A stretch of 64,000 bases of DNA from Thermomicrobiales bacterium (lineage in GTDB: Bacteria; Chloroflexota; Chloroflexia; Thermomicrobiales; CFX8): positions 257,006 to 321,005 of the forward strand of contig JBAOIG010000005.1 in the NCBI GenBank assembly GCA_037045155.1. The letters run 5' to 3'. Of this stretch, positions 45,778 through 54,949 are shown piece after piece; position 1 is the stretch's first letter, and every line of letters starts with the position of its first letter. The notes beneath the pieces are model-generated. The model was not told the DNA's origin and searched no databases. It saw only the letters and a program-made list of their open reading frames with translations. Both the position numbers and the translations under genes were made by a program.

Positions 45778-46507
45778 GAGCGCCGAAGCGAAGGAAGTGG
45801 AACTGCTCGGCGTATTCCATGCCGGACGCGCCGGCCGCCTGACGAGACATCCCTCTCATCCGATCCCCGAGCGTCTCGGGATCGCCGACCTGGGATCGAT
45901 GACAGCTCATCGCGCGCAGCTTACGTTCGATGACGTCGGTGATATCGATCCGCAGGTTCGGGGACATGGCGCTGACCAGATAGATGTCCTGGACCTGGTG
46001 GGGAGTAAGCCCCTCGTCGGCCAGCTCGACGAATGTGCGGCGATTGCCGGATAGCGGAAAGAGCGCCGCCAATGCCGCCTCGCCGCTGGTCCAATGGTCG
46101 GGGTGCTGAACGTAGCCGGGCATCACCCGCCGCTGAGGGTCGAAGAGAATCGCTGCCTGCGGGCGAGCACGGCGAATCTCGCGGACGAGCTGCCGGCGCA
46201 GCTCGAGCGTATGGATAAGCTCTCCATCGCGATGGTCGAAGAAGACAACGTCGTGTGCGCCGATGATCGCTGCTGCCTCGCGCTGCTCTCGTTGGCGCAT
46301 GGCAACGAGGTCGACGTCGGAGATCGGAGTATCACCGAGCCCCTGGACGCCGGCGCGGCCATCGGTCATCAGCACATAGGTGATTCGGCAGCCGCCGTCG
46401 GCCCAGCGAGCCAGCGTTCCGCCACAGATAAAGTCCGGGTCATCGGGATGAGCGAACAGGCAGATCGCGCTCTCGGGGATACCGATACGCTCGTCAATAT
46501 CAATCAT
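45749..46507 (-). CDS. PIG-L/LmbE-family N-acetylglucosaminyl deacetylase
   Basis: ICLFAHPDDPDFICGGTLARW is the AHPDD signature, with HPDH later in the protein. ATG at 46507 follows GGAG. Confidence 0.85.
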   Translation of the reverse strand: MIDIDERIGIPESAICLFAHPDDPDFICGGTLARWADGGCRITYVLMTDGRAGVQGLGDTPISDVDLVAMRQREQREAAAIIGAHDVVFFDHRDGELIHTLELRRQLVREIRRARPQAAILFDPQRRVMPGYVQHPDHWTSGEAALAALFPLSGNRRTFVELADEGLTPHQVQDIYLVSAMSPNLRIDITDVIERKLRAMSCHRSQVGDPETLGDRMRGMSRQAAGASGMEYAEQFHFLRFGARDLALDALV

Positions 46508-47009
46508 TCGTGTCTCCAGTATGACGTTCAGCCGAGAACGGATAGTCGCGGCTCTCCGCGAGCGCAACCAGCTCATCGCGAGCATCGAGGATCATTCGAT
46601 GAAGATCCGGGTCGCTGGCGGCGATGCCGGACGCTTCCAGCTCGTCAAGGTCAACGACAGCGATCGCGCCACCCGGCAGAACGAGGACATCAACCCAGAG
46701 GTCGTGCCAGGTGATGACGCCGTCGGAGACGCTGGTCGGGTGAGTGACGTTGCAATACCAGCCCACCAGGCGGCCATCCGGGCGATAGTTGGCGAACAGG
46801 TTGAAAGGACGCACCGTCGAGAAATACTCGTAGAGCACGTCGCCCCGCTCGAACGTGTAGTAGCCGATATCGACCGTCCCGAACGTCCAGACTGCGCGAG
46901 CAGCGACCCAGCCGGCCGGGGCTTCGATGTCGGTGGCCTGGTAGCGGGTTGCCACGCTGCCGTCCGGTCGCAGCTTGACGACGGTCCATTCAGTCGCCGC
47001 TAGTGACAT
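46500..47009 (-). CDS. DUF402-domain protein (FomD/RNase G-E associated-like)
   Basis: 169 aa. WYCNVTHP..WHDLWVDVLVLPGG resembles the DUF402 core. The start overlaps the stop of the upstream gene (ATGA at 47009). Confidence 0.55.
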   Translation of the reverse strand: MSLAATEWTVVKLRPDGSVATRYQATDIEAPAGWVAARAVWTFGTVDIGYYTFERGDVLYEYFSTVRPFNLFANYRPDGRLVGWYCNVTHPTSVSDGVITWHDLWVDVLVLPGGAIAVVDLDELEASGIAASDPDLHRMILDARDELVALAESRDYPFSAERHTGDTND

Positions 47010-48358
47010 CAGGCCTGCCCGCGAATGATGGCGAGGACATCGGCGGCACGATCATCGAGCTGGCGGCGCGTGTCCGCCTCGACGTTCAAGCGCAGCAGCG
47101 GCTGGGTGTTGGACGCGCGCAGGTTGAACCACCACGTCGGGTAGCTCACCGTCAGACCATCCAGCTCGTCCATCTCGGCGTCAGAGAACGCGGCGCGAAC
47201 GCGCTCGATTGTGCCGGCCACGTCGGCGACTTCGGAGTTGATCTCGCCGGACCGGAACCGTGTGTCGATCGGCGCAAGGTATTCGCTGACCGACATGCCC
47301 TCGTTCGAGAGGAGCTCGAGGACGGTCAGGAAGGCGATCAGGCCCGAATCGGCGTACCAGTTATCGCGGAAATAGAAGTGTCCGGAATGCTCGCCGCCGA
47401 AGACGGCATCTTCCCCGCGCATGAGCGCCTTGATGAACGAGTGGCCGACACGCGAGCGGATCGGTCGCCCACCCTCGCGCTCGATCAGCTCGGGGACAGT
47501 TCGCGAGCAGATGAGGTTGTAGACGATGGCCGAGCCGGGGTATTTGCGCAGCATGCGCTGGGCCACAATCGCGGTCACCATGTCGCCGCCGACAAACTCG
47601 CCACGATCGTCGATCAGAAACATGCGATCCGCGTCTCCATCGAACGCGATGCCCATATCGAGGCCGTGCGCGACGACGGCGGCGCGCAGATCGCGGGTAT
47701 TCTCCGGCTCGATCGGGTTGGCCTCATGATTCGGGAAGGCGCCGTCCAGCTCGAAGAAGAGCGGGGTGAGCTCGCCGGGCAGGTGTTCGAAAACGAGCGG
47801 CAGCACCTTGCCGGCCATGCCATTGCCGGCGTCGATGGCAATCCGCATCGGCCGGACGGCGGAGACATCGATCATCGACAATGCGTGCGCGACAAACGCC
47901 TCGGTAACGTCACGCTCATTCAGGTCGCCATGGCGACCGGGATCGCCAAACTCGCCGGCCAGGACGAGGTCGCGAATCTCGCCAATGCCCTGATCCATCG
48001 AGAGCGGGCGCGCTTCCTCGCGGCAGAGCTTGAATCCGTTGTATTCGGCGGGGTTATGGGATGCAGTAACCATCACGCCGGCCGGGAAGCCGTACTTGCC
48101 GACGGCGAAATAGAGGCCATCGGTCGAGATGAGACCGATGTCCGTCACATCGGCGCCCTGGTCGCGAATGCCGTTGATCAACGCCGCGGCAAGCATCGGG
48201 CCGGAGACGCGCATGTCGCGCCCGACACAGACATGGTCCACACCGAGGTAGGTCACGAGCGCGCGGCCGATCCGGTAGGCGATCTCCGGCGTCAGCTCCG
48301 CTGGCACAACCCCACGAATATCGTAGGCCTTGAACAGGTCTGACGTGGTCTGGTCCAT
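47009..48358 (-). CDS. Phosphomannomutase/phosphoglucomutase (alpha-D-phosphohexomutase family)
   Basis: FKAYDIRG, TASHNPAEYNGFK (phosphoserine loop), DGDADR and GGEHSGH. ATG at 48358. Confidence 0.9.
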   Translation of the reverse strand: MDQTTSDLFKAYDIRGVVPAELTPEIAYRIGRALVTYLGVDHVCVGRDMRVSGPMLAAALINGIRDQGADVTDIGLISTDGLYFAVGKYGFPAGVMVTASHNPAEYNGFKLCREEARPLSMDQGIGEIRDLVLAGEFGDPGRHGDLNERDVTEAFVAHALSMIDVSAVRPMRIAIDAGNGMAGKVLPLVFEHLPGELTPLFFELDGAFPNHEANPIEPENTRDLRAAVVAHGLDMGIAFDGDADRMFLIDDRGEFVGGDMVTAIVAQRMLRKYPGSAIVYNLICSRTVPELIEREGGRPIRSRVGHSFIKALMRGEDAVFGGEHSGHFYFRDNWYADSGLIAFLTVLELLSNEGMSVSEYLAPIDTRFRSGEINSEVADVAGTIERVRAAFSDAEMDELDGLTVSYPTWWFNLRASNTQPLLRLNVEADTRRQLDDRAADVLAIIRGQA

Positions 48359-48359
48359 C

Positions 48360-48842
48360 TCAATCCTGCCTCTCCGTTGTTGCTTGCTCGAGGTCAAGGC
48401 GCATGATCGCCTCCCCAGCGTCGATCTCTCCGGTCCGATGAAACCCGACACTCTCGTACAGACGCTCCGCAACCTTGTTGCCTTCGGTGACGCCGAGAAT
48501 GATCTCGCGGCAGCCGTGCCGCTCGCGGATCAGTTCGACCGCTGCCACCACCGTGGCCCGACCAAATCCACGACCCTGCTGCCCGGCGCCAACCATCAGC
48601 CGCATGATCCAGTATCTACCCGTCTCCGGATCTCGGCTGTACATGACAAACCCGACCATCTCATCTCCGGCGTAGACGGCCAACGGCCAGGTGTCTGGGG
48701 TAACCGCCGCCTCGGCGAGCGAGAAGACGTTCGAAGCAACGAAACCTGCCTGCGTCGATGCAACCTGCAGCCGGATGCACTGGCGGAGGGTCTCGCGGGT
48801 CACCGCGCGCAACTCAACGCTCGGCGCTCGATCCGTCACCAT
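48360..48842 (-). CDS. GNAT-family N-acetyltransferase
   Basis: 160 aa. The acetyl-CoA loop reads QQGRGFGRATV. Confidence 0.7.
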   Translation of the reverse strand: MVTDRAPSVELRAVTRETLRQCIRLQVASTQAGFVASNVFSLAEAAVTPDTWPLAVYAGDEMVGFVMYSRDPETGRYWIMRLMVGAGQQGRGFGRATVVAAVELIRERHGCREIILGVTEGNKVAERLYESVGFHRTGEIDAGEAIMRLDLEQATTERQD

Positions 48843-48844
48843 CG

Positions 48845-49609
48845 CTAGATCGGGTTCGGGTCGGCGATGAAGCGTGCCTCGATCGCGAAATTATCGGCGA
48901 GCTCGCCGGCCAGCGCCTGAACGCCGAGCCGTTCGGTCGCCTCGTGGCCGGCCGCGACAACGACAATTCCCAACTCGCGCGCCTCGGCCATCGTGGTCTC
49001 GCGGATGTCGCCGGTGACCAGCGCCGCGCAACCAGCCGCGACGGCTTCGTCCAGCGCCGAGTAGCCCGAACCGGTCAGGAAGCCAACCCGAGCCAGCACC
49101 GACGGATTCCCGACCGCGCCGACCGCCAGCGGCTCCCGCTCGGTGACACGCGCCATCGTTTCCAGCAACTGGCCGACTGATTGCGGATCGGTTCGCGTTC
49201 CGACAACACCGAGTGGCTCACTGCCGACCACCGCGAAGCGACCGGCCGGCTCATAGCCAGCGGCGTGCGCAAGCAGGGCGCAATTTCCGATCTCCGGGTG
49301 GCCGTCCAGTGGAAGGTGGTAGGCGATCAGGCTGATATCGTTGGCCAGCAGCAGCCGTAGCCGCTCGGCGAAGGGTCCGTCGATCGGTCCGTTCCGGCTT
49401 CCCCACAGCAGCCCATGATGAACGAGGATCGCGTCGGCGCCCCAGTCGACTGCCTGAAGAAGGGTGAATTGCGAGGCGCTGACGGCGACAGCCAACCGGG
49501 AGATCTCCCGGCGGCCAGCCACTTGCAGTCCGTTGACGGCGACGTCAGAGAACGCCGATGCGCGCAGGCGCTCATCACTCCAGCGGATCAGGTCATCCCG
49601 TCGGGCCAT
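48845..49609 (-). CDS. Nif3-like dinuclear-metal-centre protein (YbgI/GTP cyclohydrolase 1 type 2 homologue)
   Basis: 254 aa with ADAILVHHGLLW and the AYHLPLD and GHEATE motifs. Confidence 0.8.
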   Translation of the reverse strand: MARRDDLIRWSDERLRASAFSDVAVNGLQVAGRREISRLAVAVSASQFTLLQAVDWGADAILVHHGLLWGSRNGPIDGPFAERLRLLLANDISLIAYHLPLDGHPEIGNCALLAHAAGYEPAGRFAVVGSEPLGVVGTRTDPQSVGQLLETMARVTEREPLAVGAVGNPSVLARVGFLTGSGYSALDEAVAAGCAALVTGDIRETTMAEARELGIVVVAAGHEATERLGVQALAGELADNFAIEARFIADPNPI

Positions 49610-49731
49610 TCACCGGCCTCCCTCCATCAGTCGATTACGTGCATATTGTGCCATCGAGCCACGAAAGGCCAGGGGGTATACTGATTCTCCAGGGTCACAA
49701 CCCTGTCTCCGATGCCTCAGATTGGACGAGC

Positions 49732-50652
49732 ATGCCCCCACGAATCACTCTCCGCCCGACCGACTCGATCGACCTTCACATGCATACCTGGGCGTCGGAC
49801 GGTGGTTGGGACCCACCGGCACTGGCGCAGCATCTCGCGGACCGCGGCTTCCGGGTGATCGCCGTTGCCGACCACGACACGATGTACTCGGTTCCGGCAA
49901 TGCAGCGCGAGGCTGTCGAGCGGGGGATGATCCTGATCCCGGCGGTCGAGGTGACGACACGCTGGAACGGCCGGCAGGTGCACGTGCTGATCTACGGCAT
50001 CGACCTGGACTCGAGCCGCGCGGCAGCCTTTCGCGATCTGATGGCGCTCCAGCGCGAGCAATTGCGCGCGACCGCCCAGCGAGCGGCCGATCTGATCGAG
50101 CACCACGGACGACGCATACCAGCGCTGGCCGAGATGAGCCGCGGACTATCGTTGACGCCACATCACGTCTTCACAGCGATGATCCGCGCCGGACACGGTC
50201 ACAACCTGTACCAGGCACACAACATCGTCCGCTCGCTCGGCGAGCCAGTCGTCGTGGACGTGCCAATCGGGGACACAATCGCCGCCGCTCACGAGGCCGG
50301 CGCGATTGCGATTGTCGCCCACCCGGGGCGCGACGAGGGCAACGGTATCCTGACGGCCGAATTGCTCGACCAGCTGCGGCAGGAAGCGCCGGTGGACGGG
50401 GTCGAAGCGCACTATCGCTCATACAAGGACGCGGATGTCCAGCGCTACCGCGACTGGGCAGATGAACGGCGCTTGCTGGTCAGCACCGGATCCGATTCTC
50501 ACCGGCCGGCCTTCCCTGTCGACCCGATCGCCTTCGAGGCGCGATGGAGCGCGGCGTTGCTGGAACGGCTGGGGATCGAGGTGGAACCGTGGGACGGGCC
50601 GGCGTGGGAGCCCGCGACAGCGCCGGAGCCGGTCGCCGCGACAGCGGGGTAG
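49732..50652 (+). CDS. PHP-domain metal-dependent phosphoesterase
   Basis: IDLHMHTWASDGG, VIAVADHDT and IVAHPGR. ATG at 49732. The ORF-track N-terminus overlaps the divergent Nif3 gene. Confidence 0.75.
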   Translation: MPPRITLRPTDSIDLHMHTWASDGGWDPPALAQHLADRGFRVIAVADHDTMYSVPAMQREAVERGMILIPAVEVTTRWNGRQVHVLIYGIDLDSSRAAAFRDLMALQREQLRATAQRAADLIEHHGRRIPALAEMSRGLSLTPHHVFTAMIRAGHGHNLYQAHNIVRSLGEPVVVDVPIGDTIAAAHEAGAIAIVAHPGRDEGNGILTAELLDQLRQEAPVDGVEAHYRSYKDADVQRYRDWADERRLLVSTGSDSHRPAFPVDPIAFEARWSAALLERLGIEVEPWDGPAWEPATAPEPVAATAG

Positions 50653-50670
50653 CAAATCCGGCAGATCTCA

Positions 50671-51267
50671 TCACCTCGTCTGCGGCGCGGGGCGAACGAC
50701 CTCGTGGAGTGGGCCGGGGCCGATCTCACTGGCGAGCACATCCATGACCAGCACGTCCACCCGCTCCCGGCCAATGCGTTTGGCCTGGCGAAGCAGGCCG
50801 ACCCGTTGGAAACCAGCGCGCTCGTACGCGCGGATGCCCCGCTCGTTGTGCGCGTAGACATCCAGCCGCAGGTGATGGAGACCGAGCGCATCGAATGCGT
50901 ACGAGATCATCATCGCCGTCGTCTCCGTGCCAAAGCCGCGACCCCACGCATCCGGATCGCCGATCATGATCCCGAACTCGGCGGCGCCATCGAAGTGATT
51001 GACGCCGTTCAGCCCGGTCGTGCCAACCGGACGCATTGTTGCGAGATCGTAGACGGTGAAGTGGGGGTCGCTGCCGACGCTGGTCGCATCAACCCACGCG
51101 GTCTCGGCGGCGAGTGTCATCGGGGCCGGCGGGAGGGCAAGCGTGCGGGTGACGCGCAGATCATTGAGCCAACGCTGATACGTTTCAGACAGATCGCGCC
51201 GGATCGGCCCGAGCCCGACCAGCGAGCCACGAATGGTCAGGATAACCTCGGAGGCGGTGTCGTCCAC
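50671..51267 (-). CDS. GNAT-family N-acetyltransferase (RimJ/RimL-like)
   Basis: 198 aa with WGRGFGTETTAMMISYAF and YAHNERGIRAYERAGF. Confidence 0.75.
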   Translation of the reverse strand: MDDTASEVILTIRGSLVGLGPIRRDLSETYQRWLNDLRVTRTLALPPAPMTLAAETAWVDATSVGSDPHFTVYDLATMRPVGTTGLNGVNHFDGAAEFGIMIGDPDAWGRGFGTETTAMMISYAFDALGLHHLRLDVYAHNERGIRAYERAGFQRVGLLRQAKRIGRERVDVLVMDVLASEIGPGPLHEVVRPAPQTR

Positions 51268-51347
51268 GCACTGATCCTCTCATCTGGTTGGTGGGCCTGC
51301 AATGGATTCGGTATCATATACCGGCGCGACGGCAGCCTCGCGAGCAT

Positions 51348-51420
51348 GCCCTTGTAGCTCAGTAGGCAGAGCACATTCTTGGTAAGAATGAGGTCTCGAG
51401 TTCGAATCTCGACAAGGGCT
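51348..51420 (+). tRNA. tRNA-Thr (anticodon GGU)
   Basis: GCCCTTG-TA-GCTC..GAGC-A-CATTC-TTGGTAA-GAATG-AGGTC-TCGAG-TTCGAAT-CTCGA-CAAGGGC-T. All stems are Watson-Crick. CCA is not encoded. Confidence 0.9.
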
Positions 51421-51425
51421 CAGGC

Positions 51426-51455
51426 AACCCGCTCCCCTCAGTGGGAGCGGGTTTT
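51426..51455. terminator. Rho-independent terminator after tRNA-Thr (possibly bidirectional, facing the convergent receiver gene)
   Basis: AACCCGCTCCC-ctcagt-GGGAGCGGGTT followed by TTTT. Confidence 0.65.
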
Positions 51456-51472
51456 CGCATGTTGGCGCTCTG

Positions 51473-51892
51473 TTAGGACCAGGCTGGAGCGCGATGCAGA
51501 GCTGCGTCGAGAACCTCGGGGGCGCGGCGCATCGTGAGAGCGGCAGCGAGAGCATCCGGATCGAAGGGCCGGCCGTGCAGGGTGCAGCCACGCAACGTGA
51601 GATACATGCTGTGGGCATCGAGCATGGCGGCGTCGCTGAGGCAGACGGCGATGGGGACATCCATAAGGCTGGATTGTTCCCGCAGGCGATCGACGATGGC
51701 GACGAGGGAATGGGCCCGTGGTAGCGTCGCCTCGATGACAATAGCATCGACTTCGCCATCGAGCGCCAGCGACACTGCATCATCCAGGCCGCTCGGAGTA
51801 GCGATCCGCAGACCACGCGCGGTCAATTCGCGGGCAGCATGGTAGCGAAATGTCGAGTCGTCCGAGATCAGCAGGGTTCTTCTCCCGGTCAT
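51473..51892 (-). CDS. Stand-alone receiver-domain protein with atypical active site (pseudo-receiver)
   Basis: LLISDD (acidic pair), then DAIVIEATLP where the phospho-Asp position is Glu, and RPF where KPF is expected. ATG at 51892. Confidence 0.6.
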   Translation of the reverse strand: MTGRRTLLISDDSTFRYHAARELTARGLRIATPSGLDDAVSLALDGEVDAIVIEATLPRAHSLVAIVDRLREQSSLMDVPIAVCLSDAAMLDAHSMYLTLRGCTLHGRPFDPDALAAALTMRRAPEVLDAALHRAPAWS

Positions 51893-52039
51893 GGTTGTCC
51901 CTATCTCTGGCTCATGGCGACACGTAATGTCTGGCACACGTATTGCACGGACTGTGCCACGGTGTCACGTCGCGCCGTGGCGTTTGCGCCGGGCACTCTG
52001 CTATACTCACCGCCGGCGCGAGGCGCCGGAGTGTTGCGT

Positions 52040-52112
52040 GCCGACGTAGCTCAGCTGGCAGAGCAGCTGTTTCGTAAACAGCAGGTCCGGGGTTCGAATC
52101 CCCGCGTCGGCT
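52040..52112 (+). tRNA. tRNA-Thr (anticodon CGU)
   Basis: GCCGACG-TA-GCTC..GAGC-A-GCTGT-TTCGTAA-ACAGC-AGGTC-CGGGG-TTCGAAT-CCCCG-CGTCGGC-T. Confidence 0.9.
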
Positions 52113-52337
52113 CCCCCGAAACCCGCATACAGACGCTAAAACTACTGTCGGCCGATATGGCAGCCGAAGCCTTTTCGGTCCGCGCGACGATGCCGAGGTT
52201 GCGCACGGCTGACAGGCCGCCTCGCATCGTGACGCGGGCGCTTGCGCCGTGTGTCCTGGCGCGTGTGATACGATCACGAACCCGATGCGACAGTTCAGGG
52301 CGACGTGACTATCCCGCCCCGATCGAAAGGTTCGCCT

Positions 52338-54086
52338 GTGAGGCTGCTCTCAACACTCGTTGCCGCATTTGTCATCGCCGGATCGCTGCTTCTGGCGGTT
52401 CCGTCCGACCGGCCGGCCATCGCTGCCAACAACCGAGCGCCGGTGTACTTCGACACAACTGGCTTCTGGCTGCAGGGTTCGTTCCGCGAATACTGGGAGA
52501 CACACGGCGGTCTGTTTATCTTCGGCTACCCGATCACCGGTGTGTTCATGGACAACGGGCTCTGGAAACAGTACTTCGAGCGCGCGATCTTCGAGTACCA
52601 CCCGGAGCATGCTGGCACGCAGTACGAAGTGCTTCTCCAACGACTCGGCGCAATCCGCACAGAGGGGCGCGAGGGGGAAGCGGCGTTTCAGCGAATCCAG
52701 ACTGATTCCGATGCCAATTGCACGTTCTACGACGCCACCGGCCACCGGCTGTGCTTCGGCTTCCGGTCGTACTGGGGGGACAACGGCGGGCTGCCAAACT
52801 TCGGCTACCCGCTCTCCGAAGAGTTCGACGAGCGTAACCAGCCGCCGCCGGCTGGCGACGGCCAGATCCATACAGTTCAGTATTTCGAGCGCGCCCGGTT
52901 TGAATATCACCCTGAGTATCAGGGGACAAAATACGAGACGCTACTCGGCCTGCTCGGCACTGAATATCTGCAAATCCACCCGGCGCCGGCCGATGCTGTA
53001 GCGCGTCAGAATCCCTCGACACCGCCGGCCGACCCGACCGCGCCTCCGACACAGGCGCAGTCGCTCCACGCAGTGCCGGGATTCAACGCTTTTCTCGCAG
53101 GAGACGGCAGCCCGGCGGCGATCGCGTTCAACCAGAAGACGATCGATATGGTCAAGGCCGCGGGCTTCGAGTGGGTTCATTTTCAGGTGTCATGGGCGCA
53201 GATCGAGCAGAACGGCGCAGGGATCTACGACCCGAGTAGCCTGGACAACATCACCAGCCAGACCAGCCGCAACGGGATCAAGCTGCTGGTCAGCGTCGTC
53301 GGGCCGACGCCAGGGTGGGCCGGCGGCTCGGTCAGCATCCCGTCCAACACCGCGCAGTTCCGCGACCTGATGCGTTTTCTTTCCGGTCGATACAAGGGAA
53401 AGGTTCAGGCGTGGGAGATCTGGAACGAACAGAATCTCGCGTCGAATAGTGGCGGGCGAGTCGATGTCGGTCCATACGTAGAGCTGCTGAAAGCCGCCCA
53501 CGAAGGAGTCAAGGCCGGCGATAGCTCTGCGACGGTTCTCTTCGGCGCGCTGACCCCCAACGGCCTGGATCGACCCGACCTGGCGGTCGCCGACGATCTC
53601 TATCTCCAACGCGCGTACGAATACTCCAACGGCAAGCTCTCCGATTACTTTGACGCGCTTGGCGCTCACCCAGGCAGCAACGACAACTCACCGGATCAGT
53701 GGTGGCCGGGCAACCCTGGCACAGATGGCTGGGATAACGACAATTCGTTCTATTTTCGTCGGATCGAGGACCTGCGCGCGATCATGGTCCGCTGGGGTGA
53801 CTCCGACAAGCAGATCTGGCTCACGGAGTTCGGCTGGACGACCGCCAACGACGCGCCAGGTTACGAATACGGAGCGGCCATCTCCGAGCAGCTTCAGGCG
53901 CAATATCTCGTGCGTGCTTTCGAGATCGGCCGCACGGAGTGGCCATGGGTCGGGCCGATGTTCGTCTGGAACCTGAACTACAGCATCATCACCAGTGCAT
54001 CGGACGAGAAATACCCGTGGGCCGTGTTGCGCGGTGACTGGTCGCCGCGGCCAGCCTACGATGCGTTGAAGGCGATGCCGAAGTAG
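52338..54086 (+). CDS. Secreted clan GH-A glycoside hydrolase (GH5/GH39-like) with N-terminal tandem YW..GGL..FGYP repeat domains
   Basis: Signal/TM segment VRLLSTLVAAFVIAGSLLLAV. Two repeats, FREYWETHGGLFIFGYPIT and FRSYWGDNGGLPNFGYPLS. The catalytic pair is WEIWNEQN (acid/base) and WLTEFGW (nucleophile). GTG at 52338. Confidence 0.75.
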   Translation: MRLLSTLVAAFVIAGSLLLAVPSDRPAIAANNRAPVYFDTTGFWLQGSFREYWETHGGLFIFGYPITGVFMDNGLWKQYFERAIFEYHPEHAGTQYEVLLQRLGAIRTEGREGEAAFQRIQTDSDANCTFYDATGHRLCFGFRSYWGDNGGLPNFGYPLSEEFDERNQPPPAGDGQIHTVQYFERARFEYHPEYQGTKYETLLGLLGTEYLQIHPAPADAVARQNPSTPPADPTAPPTQAQSLHAVPGFNAFLAGDGSPAAIAFNQKTIDMVKAAGFEWVHFQVSWAQIEQNGAGIYDPSSLDNITSQTSRNGIKLLVSVVGPTPGWAGGSVSIPSNTAQFRDLMRFLSGRYKGKVQAWEIWNEQNLASNSGGRVDVGPYVELLKAAHEGVKAGDSSATVLFGALTPNGLDRPDLAVADDLYLQRAYEYSNGKLSDYFDALGAHPGSNDNSPDQWWPGNPGTDGWDNDNSFYFRRIEDLRAIMVRWGDSDKQIWLTEFGWTTANDAPGYEYGAAISEQLQAQYLVRAFEIGRTEWPWVGPMFVWNLNYSIITSASDEKYPWAVLRGDWSPRPAYDALKAMPK

Positions 54087-54178
54087 CCGGAGGTCTTTCG
54101 GCAGGGAGTTGCATCGCGAGGCGATCTGCTTCAGAATCGAGCTGCGCGGTTCGCGCATTCGCGAAGGGAGCGTCCGAC

Positions 54179-54880
54179 ATGTCATGGTCACCCGAGGTTC
54201 AGCCGTTCGCGGACAGGGTATGCGATAGCGCTCACAAGCTTGCCGCCGGGCATGCGGTGCTCTCGCACTCATTGCACGGCAACATCAGCATCCGGCTTCC
54301 CGAAGGGGATCGATTCCTGCTGACCGGCGGCGGGACGCTGGAGGAGCTGAAGCCATCGGATCTGGCGCTATTGACGCTGGATGGCGAGCTCCTTGGCGGC
54401 CATATCGAGCCAGCATCGAACGAGATCATCCAGATGCATGCTGCCGTCTATCGCCGCCGGCCGGATGTCAACGGCGTCGTCCATACGCACTCTCCATACG
54501 TCACTGCCTACGCGATCGCACACAAGCCGATCGAGCCGACCTACGAGGCAATGGTGCGCTTCGACATCAACGAGGCCGTGCCGGTCGCTGCCTATGGTCC
54601 GCGCGGCTCTGAGAGTTCCGTCACCAACATCGTCGATGTCGTCAGTGACTCGAACAAGGCTGTGTTGCTCGCTAATCACGGCCTGCTCGCCTTCGACACG
54701 ACGCTGGAGAAGGCGACCCACCTCGTGTTCGTCCTCGAGGAGGCGGCTCAGTTCAGCCTGATGGCGAATGTCATCGGCGGACCGCAGCCACTCCCGATGG
54801 AGGCAATCCGCGCGGCGCAGCAGCGGCGCGACGAGTTCGAGCGCGCTGGCTCCCTCTCGGCTGCCCCCGACGACAAGTAG
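54179..54880 (+). CDS. Class II aldolase/adducin-family protein (fuculose-/ribulose-phosphate aldolase/epimerase-like)
   Basis: 233 aa with GNISIR, VVHTHSPYVTAYA and LLANHGLLAF. Confidence 0.85.
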   Translation: MSWSPEVQPFADRVCDSAHKLAAGHAVLSHSLHGNISIRLPEGDRFLLTGGGTLEELKPSDLALLTLDGELLGGHIEPASNEIIQMHAAVYRRRPDVNGVVHTHSPYVTAYAIAHKPIEPTYEAMVRFDINEAVPVAAYGPRGSESSVTNIVDVVSDSNKAVLLANHGLLAFDTTLEKATHLVFVLEEAAQFSLMANVIGGPQPLPMEAIRAAQQRRDEFERAGSLSAAPDDK

Positions 54881-54949
54881 CGCTGTGTCCGGGCCTCGTC
54901 GTTTCCAGACAGCGACGGGGTCCGGCCTGCACGGCAGGAGGGTGTCAGT

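Noticed and set aside
49464-50465. 333-aa Arg/Pro/Ser-rich ORF overlapping the PHP gene in another frame
   Set aside because: It is an out-of-frame overlap of a gene with clear PHP motifs, and its composition is typical of an off-frame translation of GC-rich coding sequence.
51839-52705. 288-aa plus-strand ORF running through tRNA-Thr(CGU) into the glycoside hydrolase gene
   Set aside because: It reads across a tRNA gene and an intergenic region, and it is out of frame with the well-supported hydrolase CDS starting at 52338.
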